Shown one piece after another: positions 12,208 to 26,234 of a stretch of DNA of 64,000 bases. Under the pieces are notes generated by a model. It ran no database searches. It saw nothing but the letters and a program-made list of their open reading frames with translations, and was not told where the DNA came from. This DNA is from Lingula anatina (taxonomy: Eukaryota > Animalia > Brachiopoda), in the NCBI GenBank assembly GCA_051362555.1, contig CM120640.1:66876788-66940787 (forward strand). Reading direction: 5' to 3'. Position 1 is the first letter of the stretch; each line of letters begins with the position of its first letter. Made by a program: the position numbers and the translations under genes.

Positions 12208-13321
12208 TGACTACAAGCACTATAAAGTAGAGAGGAGTTTGCTGGGACAAAACAAAAAGGGCAGTCATTTGAAACAAGAACATTGGGGGGGGGGGGGGGG
12301 GGATTGAACTTTACCTTGTGAAACTGGGGCATGTTACTTGTTTATGGTATGATTCTGAATTTGAAAGGGAATGTTATGAAGGTTATGAAATATTATCATT
12401 ACTTATGAGTGTGAAGAAAAGGAGTGCCAGATATGGAAATGCCATCTGCTCATTTGCAAGTTGGGAAGAAAATGTGTTTTTGTTTGTTTCAGGCAGAGAA
12501 ATGCCATACAGTTATGTTTTATAGATTTACAATCAAGATGTATATTTTTTTATTTTGTGCTTATATGAAAGATTATAGGCAGAAGTGATTGTGCCTAATC
12601 ACAAAATACTAAAATTGATATATTGTCCTTATGTAAATTTTTCCTTAATAGCAAGGGTTGTTTTCTGTACATTTACAGGGATTTCTCACTTGTGTACTCT
12701 TATGGTGTACTTTAAGGGAAGATGTTGTCATGATCCTTAGGATGGAGCACATTAACTAAGGCTGTTCATAATTAATTGAAGAAATGACCAACACATAATG
12801 GTTTCAGCCTAAAATAATTGGTCACTCAGGGAAACAGCAGCAGCACGAGGAATATTGTGCAACATAGTCTGACCTATTTCTCCAATGAATTGTAGCCACA
12901 CTTCAGTCATGGAGGCAGATGTACTTCAATTAACATATTAGTTGGTTCTGTTATGATACTCCAAATGAAATTCAGTTTTTTTTTATGTCATTTCTGTAAA
13001 TTAGTCTTTTTCACAATTAAAACATTGATCCTTATAGGTATAAAGATGCTATTCATAACCAAGTAAAAGAGATGCTCTCAGAAGTCAACTTATAACCTTA
13101 CCTTTGACCTTTTTTAAAATTAATCTCTTTCATTAACATTCATATGTAATTTGCAATGTAATCTGATGGAAATTACGCATTTGCTGTTTTAAGATCCCGT
13201 GCATTAATGTTTACTTAAGATGGTTTTGATAATGTATTTTGACAAACCATCAAAACATATGGATTTGGTCATCTGTATATTTTACTTTGTTACATTCGTT
13301 AAACTAATATTAGGTTCATGA

Positions 13322-13355
13322 AATAAATTATGCTGAGAAAAAATCATTCTTTATT
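13322..13355. terminator. Opposed polyadenylation signals of DLGAP5 (+, AATAAA 13322-13327) and BPNT2 (-, AATAAA 13350-13355)
   Basis: Both hexamers lie between the two convergent stop codons, where strand skew switches from T-rich to A/C-rich on the + strand. Confidence 0.5.
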
Positions 13356-14061
13356 CATATGTATATACATATATTACCACTGAATCCCCCAAAATCCACT
13401 TGGACCAACGTCTCAAACACGAAGACAGCCAATCATTAAGTAACAATACCACAAAAATCCTTCCTTACATTTACAATAATATATAAAGCCATTTAAAGAG
13501 TTTTACCCTATTAAACAATCCCCAGCATGTAAGAATGTTATTTTTAAACCAAAAATAGATGAAAAAAATACCCCTTTTGCCCTTATATGTAGAGTAACAA
13601 AGTATGGTACAACAGATCTGGGAACTCAACCACTTTACACTGCATTTTGATACCATTATATTGCAACTCGACTGAAATATCTCAATAATTTAATATCTGC
13701 CCACATTCATATTACCTGACATCTCATTACATTCCTTTGTTGCAATACTGACTTTTCAAATTCAGGAAAAGGAAATTTCCTGTTTCAGTATCCACAAAAA
13801 TATTTGAGATTGCATCTATGTAGCACTTGTCTTCTAATGGAAATGCTATGTGCCATCATTCAACAATAAATAATATATACTGCAAGTTCACATTTCAAGA
13901 TTAGCATTCTTTTTTAAAGTTGCATATTAGGTCAGTTTGTCCATGATTAATTCATGATCACTCTGTATAAAAGTCATCTTGGTGATAAATGCGCCACTCA
14001 AAATATGAGTATGTACACTATATATCACAGTAGTTTACCAAGATCTGCTGCATGAAATACA

Positions 14062-14230
14062 GGCTCCAGTTTCATTAAAAAAGTTCCAGTGGCTAACATC
14101 TTTGTTATCAACTTTGTTACATGGTCACATCTTACCCTAAGGGTAACAGTGTTTACTATTAGTACTCACATGGACATCCTAGTTAACTCGGCCAGGGAAC
14201 TGATGTAAGTTTTTTTAATGAAATTGGGCC
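14062..14230. mobile_element. Degenerate MITE (Harbinger-like) in the BPNT2 3' UTR
   Basis: Imperfect TIRs GGCTCCAGTTTCATTAAAAAAGTT / AAGTTTTTTTAATGAAATTGGGCC, with CAG at both flanks. Confidence 0.55.
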
Positions 14231-14741
14231 AGAACAAATGACTGGAAGACAGACTATACAGCACCCTTAAGAGATTAAAACATACCAACATACAAAAAGT
14301 TACTTTAACTATATGACTAGAGCTCATTACTACTTTAATATGGTAGTAATATATTGCTTATTAAATAAAGAACTTAGAAATCTGGTCATATCTTAAAATG
14401 TGCTGACAATCAGTGTTGTAAAATAATTGAGTATATAACTGAGTAAATTCAATTATTCCTACAACTTCAAACACCAGGCAGACGACTTTAATTTCTGCAC
14501 TATAAAAGAACAAGCCCACCTCTTAATTATAAAGCTGCAGTGTACCCCATGCCTTCAAAATACAAACTGGAATGCCTAGAAATAAGTGCGTTGCAATGAG
14601 GTGCCCCTTTAAAACTGGGTCACAGGAGTAAAACATTATGTGAAACAAAAATGAAAATAAATTACCAGAACACAGGAATATATGTCTAAATGATAAAAAT
14701 GCTTTATCAAAACAAAAAAAAAAGTCTGAAGCACATAAACT

Positions 14742-15140
14742 TCACTGTTTTAAGCTTTTTGCCATAGATTCCAGTTTTTTCAAGTATCCATCGTGGTCCC
14801 TGGTAGTTGCTAACAGTCCTCCCTCATTCTTTACATTCTTCTCAGGGGAATAGTCTATGTCATGACCAAACAGATCTGTCATTCTTCCTCCCAACTCTTT
14901 GATTATAGCATTACCAGCACAAATATCCCACTTCTTGATTAAAGTCTTGTGGACATAAGCATCAGCATTGCCTTTGATCACCTCAACTGTTTTATAACCT
15001 AAAAGAAAATCAATAAAGGCACAAATAAATGAAGAAATGCATGTTCTAAATTCAATTTATGCACACCTAAGTGGCAAATTATTTTCACTGAGGACAAAGA
15101 TTAACAAAAGTTATGAAGGCACATTCATAAAGTTCAGATG

Positions 15141-15173
<33 letters not shown>

Positions 15174-17696
15174 ATGCCAAGGATTAAAGTTCTGATTTTT
15201 AAGCTCTGATTTTTACTCTTCTTTGTTCTGCATTTTCAGTTCAATAAAGAGTGACCAGGATCAACTTTTTTTTTTTTTTTTTTTTTTTGGGGGGGGGGGG
15301 GGGAGGAAATAAAATGCAGAATGCCAAAAATAACAACTTTTCAAAGCTCTCTATAGTGTTACTTTCATTGTTCAGCTTTTCAATTCAATATAAAGTCACC
15401 ATAATATAAAACCACATGTCCACCTGTTACATAAACTGTGATGTTGTGAAACAGCTGTTTAAATGTATGCATCATCTGGTGACTTTGTTTGCTTGTTCAC
15501 AACAGGTGTTTCTCTTGTCTACTGGTATGAGGGAAATAGTGCTATGATTTGGCATTTATGTAAACCTAATATCTAATTATACATAATATCTATCAATAAC
15601 TATACATGTTACGTAGGTGAGGCAAAATATGGTTCATAAGTTTTGGTGCATGTATGAAATGGGTGTCATCTGATATAGCTCAGTCTAGTGACTTTGCATA
15701 AAACCAAATGAGATTTCCTGGGCTTTCAAGGATAATGGGGTCAGAAATAATGGCAGACTAGAACTGAGCATTTTATTTGTTTATTTATTTTTTGCATCCC
15801 TGTAGTGTAATCTTGTCCAAATCCTGTGAAATCTAAAATGATTTCAAGCTAAGTCACAGAACTTACAACTATGTAAGATTATTTCTATAACGACTATGCA
15901 AGTAGGAGATCCCCCTTTTCTACTCAAACAATGGGTTTCTCAGTGATTGCTACCTTCACCCGACTACATAGAAAGTCGAACTAGGTTTGACCTTAATACA
16001 GTGTATATGTAATATTGGTAGCCACTCAAAAACTGGACTCGCCCTTAAGAGTAAAACCATACTTGGACTGAACTTATGAGTTAGCTCATGTTAAGTCCAA
16101 TTTTATAATGAAACAGGCCAAGTAAGCCCAAATTTGGACTAAAATTGTAGACTCAGGCTATTTCAGAAGCACTAATTATAGTCAGCTATGCCTGTGAACT
16201 CACCTGCACCTCCTGCTGGGATAACTTTGATGTTCTGTCCTATAGTTTCTTTGGCTGCAGCTTCTACATCTCCAGCATGGGACCTGGACACTATGATAGA
16301 CGTGGTCTCTTTTTCCTTGTCATCCTCCACTCTGATGTTCTTTGAGTGACCGTGTCCTACCCAAGCCCACACTGAAAATATATGCATGCTGTTAATGGCT
16401 GATCTACAGAAGATATGACATTTTGTGTAAAAAGTTAAAGGGAAATATCGTACAATTCATGGAGTCTTCACTAAAAAATAATAAAATATAAATAAATAAC
16501 TGGAGCCTGCTCATTCCATGGTTTATGAAAATATATGCATGCTGTTAATGGCTGATCTACAGAAGAAATGACATTTTGTGTAAAAAGTTAAAGGGAAATA
16601 TCGTACAATTCATGGAGTCTTCACTAAAAAATAATAAAATATAAATAAATAACTGGAGCCTGCTCATTCCATGGTTTATGCATTATAAAAAATCCCAGAG
16701 AAGTAATGACAAAAACAAACCCACTGCAAAAGAAACATTTATGCTCATAATAACAATACATTAATTGTCAGTCTGTGCCGAAAGATAGGCATACCCACAT
16801 CTAGGCATACCTAAGCACCTACATCACCATGGACCTACAACCATAGTGTTGAGAAACTGATTAAATTTTACTGGTCTACCTTCAATTTTATATCCATTTA
16901 GCAAGGGGATAGGGGTTAATGTCGCATACTGCATCATTAGGCACTTACTTGCAGACTGACTGACTAATTTAAAAATACTGTCATTATTAATGAATTCTAA
17001 TCAAACCTAAAATTTTATTTTACATTTACTGGGGTCTTCACACTACTGAAATGATTTTCTGTTTGGTTATAAATCTACTGATGGCACACTGTTTTAAAAA
17101 TCCACTTTTCACTTTGCTGAACATGATATATGACCATTTTCAGATATCAGCATATCAGAAATTCAAAAGCTGCAGGTAACCATTGTTTTTCTCTTTTATC
17201 ATTAAAATGAGACATTAACATTAATTTTTCATTAAAAAATCAGCTTGCCTTTTACCAATTTCATATGAAAATCACCATACAATGATAGGGCCAATAAAGT
17301 ATTTTAAGACATTATTTACATGAGAAAAAAAAAAAAAAAAAACGATCAAGCATTTTCCACTAATATATGAAAATCACAATGACACAAAAAAACAGTATTT
17401 CAATTCTAATGATGAAAAAGCAACAACAAACATGTAAAATCAAATTGATTACTGACATACAAGTTATATAATTTGATAAAAGAGATACCTATCATATGTT
17501 TCCAAATGTACAATGCCTACTTAAGATCTGCATTATTGTGTTACCTGTTTCTTGTAAAAATGGTTTGTGTATGACTCCCATAACTGGCTGTCCTCCCACT
17601 ACCACACACACCATCACTGTCACATACTGAGTGAGATCCTCTGAAAAGTAATAGAACAATACATACATGATTTTGTGATTATAAGTACAAGGATCA

Positions 17697-17773
<77 letters not shown>

Positions 17774-19026
17774 GGGGGGGGGGGAGGGTTAAAAATAAAT
17801 GAAATAGGTTACTAACCAATATATACCTTTTGTTTATGTATACATTTATATTTCCATCTATGCAGAACAGGTCAATTAATTAATGAATATGTACATATAA
17901 TATTCTTAGAAATAATATGTATTTGTGCTACAGGAAGGAAGTTATGTACAATGACGTTATTCAATTTAGATCAAATTTGCAACTTTTTATAAATCAGGGT
18001 TTCAGAAAAGATACTTCCTGAATACAGAATGTTGTTTTACAAACCTGTATATTCTTGAGTAGCGTCAAGAGGATCAATCCACACAGCCACATCTTTCAGA
18101 TTTACATACTGATCTGACAATAATGCAACTTCTGGATCATCAATTTCCGCCCTTGTAATCTTGCTAGTGTCTGCTGTTTGCTTTTCATGTTCTTCTGATA
18201 TGACCTTTAAAAAATATACATTTTAAACTTTCACGCATGAAGTATGTGCATCACTTCCATTCAAACTGGCCAGACTTAGTATGTGCAGTAGATGACAGGA
18301 TGTGCAGTTCATTATTATTATTTTCATTAATTTTTTTTTTGTCAACCAGTGATTTCACTCTTATATGTCAACTTGAATTTATAGGAATAGAAATGTTAAG
18401 AGCTATGCCTGAGAATATAATTTCTGTGTCCCTTTCATAAAATTTTGTTATTTCCTGCACCATGATTTGTTGGGGTTATATTTACACGTTCTATCTCAAC
18501 ACCTGTAATACAAACTAATGTGGGTGTTTCCCCTACATTCCTCAATCGATTCTTGAAATCTGGATTAAATTACACCTAGGCCAGTCAATGAAACAAAGCA
18601 TTTATTATGCTAGTACTACTATCTAGACTTAATCATTGATAAGATCTACATTGTAGCTGGCTTTCTTTGCCACTTGAGCTCAATCTATGTCACTGCGAGC
18701 CGTAAGCTTACTTTCAGTCCTGGGAACGTTTTGGCGAGGCCATACATAATCTGGATATGTGACTGCATATCACCCTCCGTCAGCATTTCTGCGGCACCTT
18801 CCTTCGTCTTGCCCTTCTCTTGTTCCTTTAATCGGTTCGTCTCACGTATTTCTTTGACACGTTGGCCCCCGCGTTTGGCTAAAGTGATACTTGCAGCAAG
18901 CACTTCTTTCATGCTCACTTTTGGTGTAAACCACCCATGGACAAAATAGAGTAATATACATCCCGATATGGCAGCAACTACTAAAATGCCGAGAGGATTG
19001 AGACGAAGGATCCTACCCGAACTCAT
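14742..19026 (-). CDS. BPNT2: Golgi-resident 3'-phosphoadenosine 5'-phosphate phosphatase (gPAPP; IMPAD1/BPNT2)
   Basis: Exons 19026-18712, 18204-18045, 17640-17545, 16371-16204 and 14998-14742 are phase-consistent. N-terminal signal anchor [17 protein letters not shown]; motifs [48 protein letters not shown]. An alternative in-frame ATG lies at 19047. Confidence 0.95.
16374..16680. repeat. Near-perfect 153-bp tandem duplication, intronic
   Basis: Copies begin at 16374 and 16527; I see one mismatch. Confidence 0.95.
17699..17772. repeat. (GT)n microsatellite
   Basis: Direct reading. Confidence 0.95.
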
Positions 19027-19047
19027 ACTGTCTGCTAAATGTGGCAT

Positions 19048-19254
19048 ATTTGTTTCAACAATAGTTTCGTACAAACACAGTGGGTATTTTTGCAAAGAAA
19101 TAAAATATTATTAAAATGAAATTAATCAAATTTATATAGAAAATATTTTATATTTTTATATTATTATTCAAATAAGAATTTTAAAAATGTTTTTCTTAGG
19201 TGGGTTCATCAGCAACTATTAGAAACTTTATCACATAGTGAGGACTGGGACGAA
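19048..19254. promoter_or_regulatory. Bidirectional promoter region between BPNT2 and UBE2W
   Basis: Divergent start codons are only ~210-230 bp apart, with an AT-rich core (19090-19200). CpG density is locally higher in the flanking first exons. Confidence 0.75.
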
Positions 19255-19880
19255 ATGGCATCTATGGAGGTAGGATACTGGTTCCACCTGTGCTTAGTAA
19301 ATAATTCAGGCTTTTCACTACGTGGACATGTTTATAGTCAACGTTGACACACGCATTAAACACATTTACATTGTGCTCTTTAAAAGCCTGTCATGTGGGC
19401 TAAAGAAAATGTGCTCAGTGGCAGGTTTTAACACTTGTACCCCCTGACAGCTGTTTTCATTAATGGCATTTGTTGTTTGTTGTTCCTGTTTCTCTTTTCA
19501 TAACTTAGAAGACAGTGTTGTGTCTGTAAGTTAATACTGAACTTGATGTTTCAGAAACGGCTGCAGAAGGAACTGCAGGCACTACTGAGGGATCCACCTC
19601 TTGGTGTAACAGTAGATTCTGACAAAACTAGCCGTAGTCTCTCAGAGTAAGTCGTCTTTTCTAACTTAGTTCATTTGTTGCCTTGTTAATCTGTAGATTA
19701 TATATGTTTCATATCAAATGTATTGAATAAGAGCTGACTACTATACAAACTGTATACTATACTATACTGTCTACTGTGACAATACATTCATGACAAAAGC
19801 ACCTGATCTCATACATGTTTATTTATAATTAACAATTTCCATGGACATACATGGTTGGCCAAGAAATTGTCTTTGGTAAT

Positions 19881-19953
<73 letters not shown>

Positions 19954-21184
19954 ATTTTTACCCCTTTGGAAATTTATGACATACAGAATTTGTATGTAAA
20001 TGTACTAGATGTATATTAAATAATATTCTGAAACTTAACCAAATAGTTCACACCATCCAAGCAAAAAAGTATGTTTTTAAGTCAGCTAGTCAGTGAACAA
20101 ACCTGATACAAGATAATATGTTCTTGATTTCTGTATCTACCTGGTATGGTTTACTTTCAGGTGGACGGTTGATTTAGAAGGAGCTCCTGGAACTCTGTAT
20201 CAAGGGGAAAAGTTTCAACTTGCTTTCAAATTTGGTCCTAGATATCCATTTGAATCCCCACAGGTAAAGGGAAGAGCTGGTGTATTTACCACTTTTTGAA
20301 ATCCATAAGGCACATTTGTTGAATGAGATAATTTTAGTTTAATTTGTTACATATAGAAATCCACAACAACAAAGTTATATCACTGTTTCAGGTTATATTT
20401 ACTGGTTCCAACATTCCTGTTCACCCACATGTCTACAGCAATGGTCATATATGTCTGTCTATACTCACTGATGACTGGTCCCCTGCTCTCTCTGTGCAAT
20501 CCGTGTGCCTTAGTATAGTCAGCATGCTGAGTAGTTGCAAAGAAAAGGTAAGACTCTGGACAGATTCTCATGTTTTAGTATAACATCTATTATCAAAGAG
20601 ATAATTGCCAGAATGGTTATTAATAGAAAAGTCAAATTTTGATGAATTTTGCATTTTGAATATTTAGAGTAAAATGGTAACTTTTATTATTTAATCAATA
20701 AGATAGTAATTATTTGATGATATTTATTTTTTGTGTGAAATGTTATCTGTCGGGTGCACATTTAAATGCATCCTTCACACAACAATAATACACTTTAAGA
20801 TTTTTTTTACAGAAAAGGCCACCAGATAACAGCATTTATGTGAAAACATGCAGCAAAAACCCCAAAAACACCAAATGGTGGTACCACGGTAAGCTGCTAT
20901 TGAGAAAGAGATCAATATTTGAACAATGAAATGGTCATAAGCATGCCAATGTAAAATGTGCTAGTTGAGACATTACTCCTGGTAGTAATTGTGGTGGTTG
21001 TGACAGGTACCAGGAGAAATGCTTCACTGATTGTGAATGTCTGGCATCATGAAGGAGTTGCTCCCGAAAAGGTCTTTAGTATAATATAAGTCATAATGTA
21101 TAAAAGAATTCAAATGTCCTATCTTCTTAATGTACGCTTGTGTCAATATGTGGGTTTTGTTTTGTTTCAGATGACACAGTATGA
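19255..21184 (+). CDS. UBE2W: Ubiquitin-conjugating enzyme E2 W
   Basis: Exons 19255-19269 (MASME), 19555-19646 (KRLQKEL..DPP), 20161-20263, 20392-20547 ([15 protein letters not shown]; catalytic Cys, with HPH in place of HPN, typical of UBE2W), 20813-20888 ([10 protein letters not shown]), 21171-21184 (DDTV*). Confidence 0.97.
19884..19950. repeat. (TA)n microsatellite
   Basis: Direct reading. Confidence 0.95.
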
Positions 21185-22781
21185 TGGAGCAACTCTTAAT
21201 TGTAAGCAATGATAAAAAAGATGACTGTGAATAGAAGTGAAAGCTGATGGGCTGAGCAGGAGGGTGTCAGGAGAGATGATGGAATGGAGGAACCACTTGT
21301 GACTTACAACTGCTATACAAGGACATCAGGGAGTAAAAACATTATAAACTGATGTTTTTTTTAATCAAAAACTGCATGTGGTCAAACGTTATATTGTAAG
21401 TTGGATGAAGTTAATTAAAGGTGCAGAAGTAACATGAGGCAGTCAGTAAAAAAGCAACCAGAACATACTTTTACAAGGAACTAGTGTTGTGGCTGTACTG
21501 CTTTTGTTTTAATCTAAAGCATAAGAACATTTCTGTATCTAGAATTAATATTCAGGAAAGGAAAGGAAATTTATGAATATGGCACATATCAAATATTTGT
21601 TGAATGCAGGATAGGTACTAGGACAGTTGAGTTTATATATATGACATAGGGTGCTTCAGCGCGGCATTTATATTTGATAATGAGAATTTGATAAGGACTA
21701 ATTTATCATTTTTAGGCTATATTTTATTTGTATGATTATGAATATCTGCATAGTACCTTCAACAGACAATAACTATAGCTATTTGTTGAGAAGAGTCCAT
21801 ATCTTTGTTGTGTTTGACATGCCCAGGCAGATTATGTGCAATTTTAGGGGAATGTCTCCTTGTGGCATTAAAACAGAACAATTTCACTTCATAGAAAAAA
21901 TTCTTCATTCATAGATATGAAGAATAAAATGTTGTTAAAAGTAGGAATGTTGCTTTAACATTTTAAAGGTTTTCAGAACTTATGTTGGAGATGACCTTTG
22001 ATTTACTTTGATAAGTGTAATAACTGCTGCTATACTTGGCTGGATCAGGTAGAGGTAGCTTCCATCTTTTTTACAGAAAGAATAATGGTTAATAGTAAAG
22101 TCAATTTGTGGATTGTTTTGTTTGTTTGTTTAATGTTGCATTGTTTAGTCATTATCTCTAACTTTTTTCCCCATAGAACTGAAGCTGGTTATATACTTCA
22201 AGTATTATATGTCACAGCTGTCACTGATATGAATATGCAACATATATCAATTGCTTTGCTTTTCACGTGCAAAAATCTTCATTTTGGGTATATTAATACC
22301 TTTTGAAAGCCAGATAAACTGCATGAATATGCACTGCAGAGTTTTGGTTTCATAATGAATATAAGCTATTAGTTGTGATAACATTTATGTGCATTATAAT
22401 TGATGTTTCGTTGCTGAAGCTGTTTTTTCTTGCAAGTTGAACAACATTGTGAATAAAAGTTTTGATGAAACCTAGTTACATGTGTATTGTCTCTGTGTAC
22501 ATTGCCATGGAACAGATATTTGCTTCATTTACATAACCATGCTTTGCTGGTTTTTAAGACCAAGTCAGACAATTTGCCCTTTCATTTCATGTTTATTTTG
22601 AAATCACTGAATTTGTCAACTATTCAAATTTGCATCTTCTCCGTGCTATGGTAGCTATGGTAGCAATGGTAGCATATTCATTAGGTTTTCAAGAATTCTG
22701 AAGTAAATAGAATTATAAAAAGTTATCAGAATAGATTTAAAGTTTGATGAAATCCCAACTGTTCCAGCAATTTACAGCCTG

Positions 22782-22890
22782 GGCTCCGTAACTCAAAAGC
22801 ATCGCGAATTGCAAATCACCTTTCATTTCATTTATATGGGGTGAGTAAATACTGAGTTATGGAATCGCGATGCTCTCAAGTTACAGGGCC
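22782..22890. mobile_element. MITE (PIF/Harbinger-like) with ~29-bp imperfect TIRs and CTG TSD
   Basis: GGCTCCGTAACTCAAAAGCATCGCGAATT ... AATCGCGATGCTCTCAAGTTACAGGGCC, with CTG on both sides. Confidence 0.75.
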
Positions 22891-25800
22891 CTGGGGAGTC
22901 AACATTTTAATTTGTGGGAGCAGTTTGGGGTATTTATTAACAAGAATAAAGAATATGCCACAAGTGAATTTGATTCATCAAAACAAATCTCAAATTTCAT
23001 TTGACGATTTTTGTAAAATGTTAGCATTCTTGTCACTTTATTCAAAACAAGTGTACTTTCAGGGGAAAAATATGTATATACTTTCTATAAAAGCCAGTTT
23101 ACCTGAGACATTTGTCACAGCTGCACTGTTTGTTTAAAAGACAAAAAAAATATCTTAAAGTAAGTGTGAATATTTCATTTTATTTCATAGTTTACCTCAT
23201 AGTTAAAAATGTGAGATGAAAATTGGAAAATGAAGCTATGTGAAGTAAATTGCTCAATTAAAAAAGTATTATAAGATATAATAAAAATGCACAGCTACCA
23301 TTGCAATCAAACAACCCATTGTGCACAACTGACTGATATGTTACATATGTAAATTATGGAAGTCTTCAACAGTAACCTAGCTAGTGTAGAGACATTTGAA
23401 AAGTAAAATTAAGTTTACAAAAGTAAATGATAAGAGATGTCAACTTACTGTGGGTGTCAGACATAGTTTACATTGTTATAGTTGATATACTTTACTAGAA
23501 TCTTTGTTTGAACACCATTCTATATTTGAGTATAATAGTATGTACATAGTACCAGACAGGGTAACTTACTAAACTTCTATTCACTGAACTCTACCATGTA
23601 TGCACTGGTGCACACACAAACATGCACACACATGCGCACACGTACTCACTACCCAGAGCTCAATGCTCACTAACCTTAGGAACAGTATTCTAATATGTAT
23701 ATCTTAATTGTGGTTATATTAAAAGGTCACAGTGGTTATGGTCCTTAAAATAAAAAGTTAGGCTAAGTAAGCAAAGGAAAAAGTCAGTCATTAGGACAAC
23801 AACAGGCCTTCTGTACAACTTTAGTGTTTAGAAATATTTATCAAAACAACATAAAAATCTGCAAGTAAAACAAATAAAAATAAGCATTCATTTTTTTCAT
23901 AAATACATGAAAAAATTAATGATCAGATGGTCAGATCTAGCTCAACATGTATAAACTGTTCTGTCCATATTCCCAGCAGATCCTGCCCACTGAAAATATT
24001 GCTTGTACAGTACATACAAATACACAGTTATAGTATCGTTATTGAACTGAATAAGTATCAATGTTCTTGTTATTTGAAAGCCCCCACAGGTCACTGATGT
24101 GTGATGTATGCAAATGTGTATTATGCATGCAGTAGATTTTGACCACTATATAATATGTTAAGTTGATCAGATCCTCTAAAAAATCATTTTAAGTAGTTGT
24201 TGAAAACTAAACTGGGCCCAACAACTACTCAGTTTACTGTAGCTCCTGGAAATCTAAAAAAAAATGATATGCAACAAATTAAGTGGGTGTTATGATTTAA
24301 TACATTTCGACTCTTGGATCTTGTAGAACCATCTGATCAAGTATAAATAATTGTTTGAATCGGACCACTTCATAAATATAGTTTATATGTGGTTGCTATA
24401 TAGACTTAAAAGCTATATGGGTGTCGTAGATGGTAAATTTGAAGGATACATCAAATTTCAAAACAGTTTGGCACACTTATTTATACAAACAACCGCCTAT
24501 TGCAAATTTGCTTCCTAGGCTAAGGTTTAAGAACTAGTACATTTTCGACTTTAGAAGCACCTTGAAGTAGTAGCTTAAGATCCTGTTTGAGTATTTCTGC
24601 AGTGTATTTGGGTGAAGTACTTCTAGCAAATTTTTTACTCTGTGTATTAATTAAATATAAAAAATTAACTGATAAGATATTGTACCACACTTGATTTCTC
24701 TATCAAACAAAGGTCACACCATAAGAATTACAAAAACTGGTATTTTGTGCTTAAGATTCATTTCACTCCAGTGATGATGTGATATACACATATTCACAAG
24801 TACAAATGATTTTTTTTCTGTATTCGTTTTACTGTTTTTATTTACCTTAATTGAGTTTAATCAATATGGATATGCAACTAGTATTACTTTATGCCATATA
24901 TACTTCAGAAAATGAAGGTAAAAATGTGATACTACATTCATCCCAAAGTCTTTACTTACTATTTTTATATGCTTATCTGCAAATATCTTGCAAGTGGTAA
25001 CTAAAACCCCAACTCACTACTTATGTCTTTAGAATTCACAATATATATTAAAAGGTAATCTTGTACTATAAACTGGTTATGGTTGTCCAGGAAGCCCTTG
25101 TTGCTGATTATGAAGAGTGAATGTATATCCGGCATAGTAATTGCACATGTTTGTTTCGCTGGAATTGACTGTGTTTCAATATACAGGTTATTACGCTTAT
25201 TTTTTATTTTTCCATCTTAGTAACAGTTTGTAAGGTGACACCAAAAGTTAACTGGAATGGCCAGTCAATAGTTTCACTCTTTGCCTCTTATGCAATAAAT
25301 CATTTGCAAGTTCATTCCACCAGAATTGCATTATAAGTAAAAATCATCAGCTTGTCTCAGTGAAATAAGTGACAGAATCCTCTCCAATCAGTGGTAATTC
25401 TATCCCAGTCACGTTACCTGTAGGAATAGAATTTAAGGACAAGAGACAAGCAAGGTCCACTGTAGAAGTCACTTTTTACCTGGGATTACCTGCATGACCC
25501 TTTAAGTTATCTGCATCCTCCACTGGAATCACCTACAAGATTAAAGGTGTATGTTCAGTTGCAAATTTTGCAATCTTCAGACTAAGTAATTACCAGGGTA
25601 ACTGCCTCAACAGTGAAAACTGTTTGGCTAAAGAATATCCTTATAAGATGACAATTGTATTGACAATTCATCTCAGTTAATATGTTTAGAAAAAATTAAT
25701 AACACTGAATACCCCCAGCTGTAATTATGCCCAGCAGGTGACACCAAAGATGTCTGAAGGTTGAGAGATACCATATTTTTTGTAAAAGGATTAAAATATA

Positions 25801-26234
25801 TAAAATAGACAAAATAAGACCAAATCATCTAAAATAATTATATAAATAATAATAATAAAAAGAAAAAAATGTCCACACTTTAGCCTCAAATTAACCTATT
25901 AGCTAGGTATCAGCATACACTGTAAGTGCAGCAGTCATCTGTGTGATACATGTACCATGCCAACAAGGCCAAAATTATCAAAATCATTTTGAATAAATAT
26001 ATTTTCAACCTTGACCTGCATGTCAGGACAATCAGCAAACACTGGAGGTTTAGGGCAAATGTCATCATTGCTTCCCAGTTATTGTGGTGACAAGAGATGT
26101 GCTCTGCTCTGGCTATGGCCATGGCTCCAGGGACTGAGACAATTACAGGCCATGGCATTATGTACATACAGTACACTACTGTGTCTGTACATAAAAATAG
26201 AACTTGCACATTGCATACCTGAATACTCTTAACA

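Noticed and set aside
25910-26232. Overlapping ORFs just past the KCNB stop
   Set aside because: No recognisable protein and no phase-consistent join to the CDS; most likely 3' UTR.
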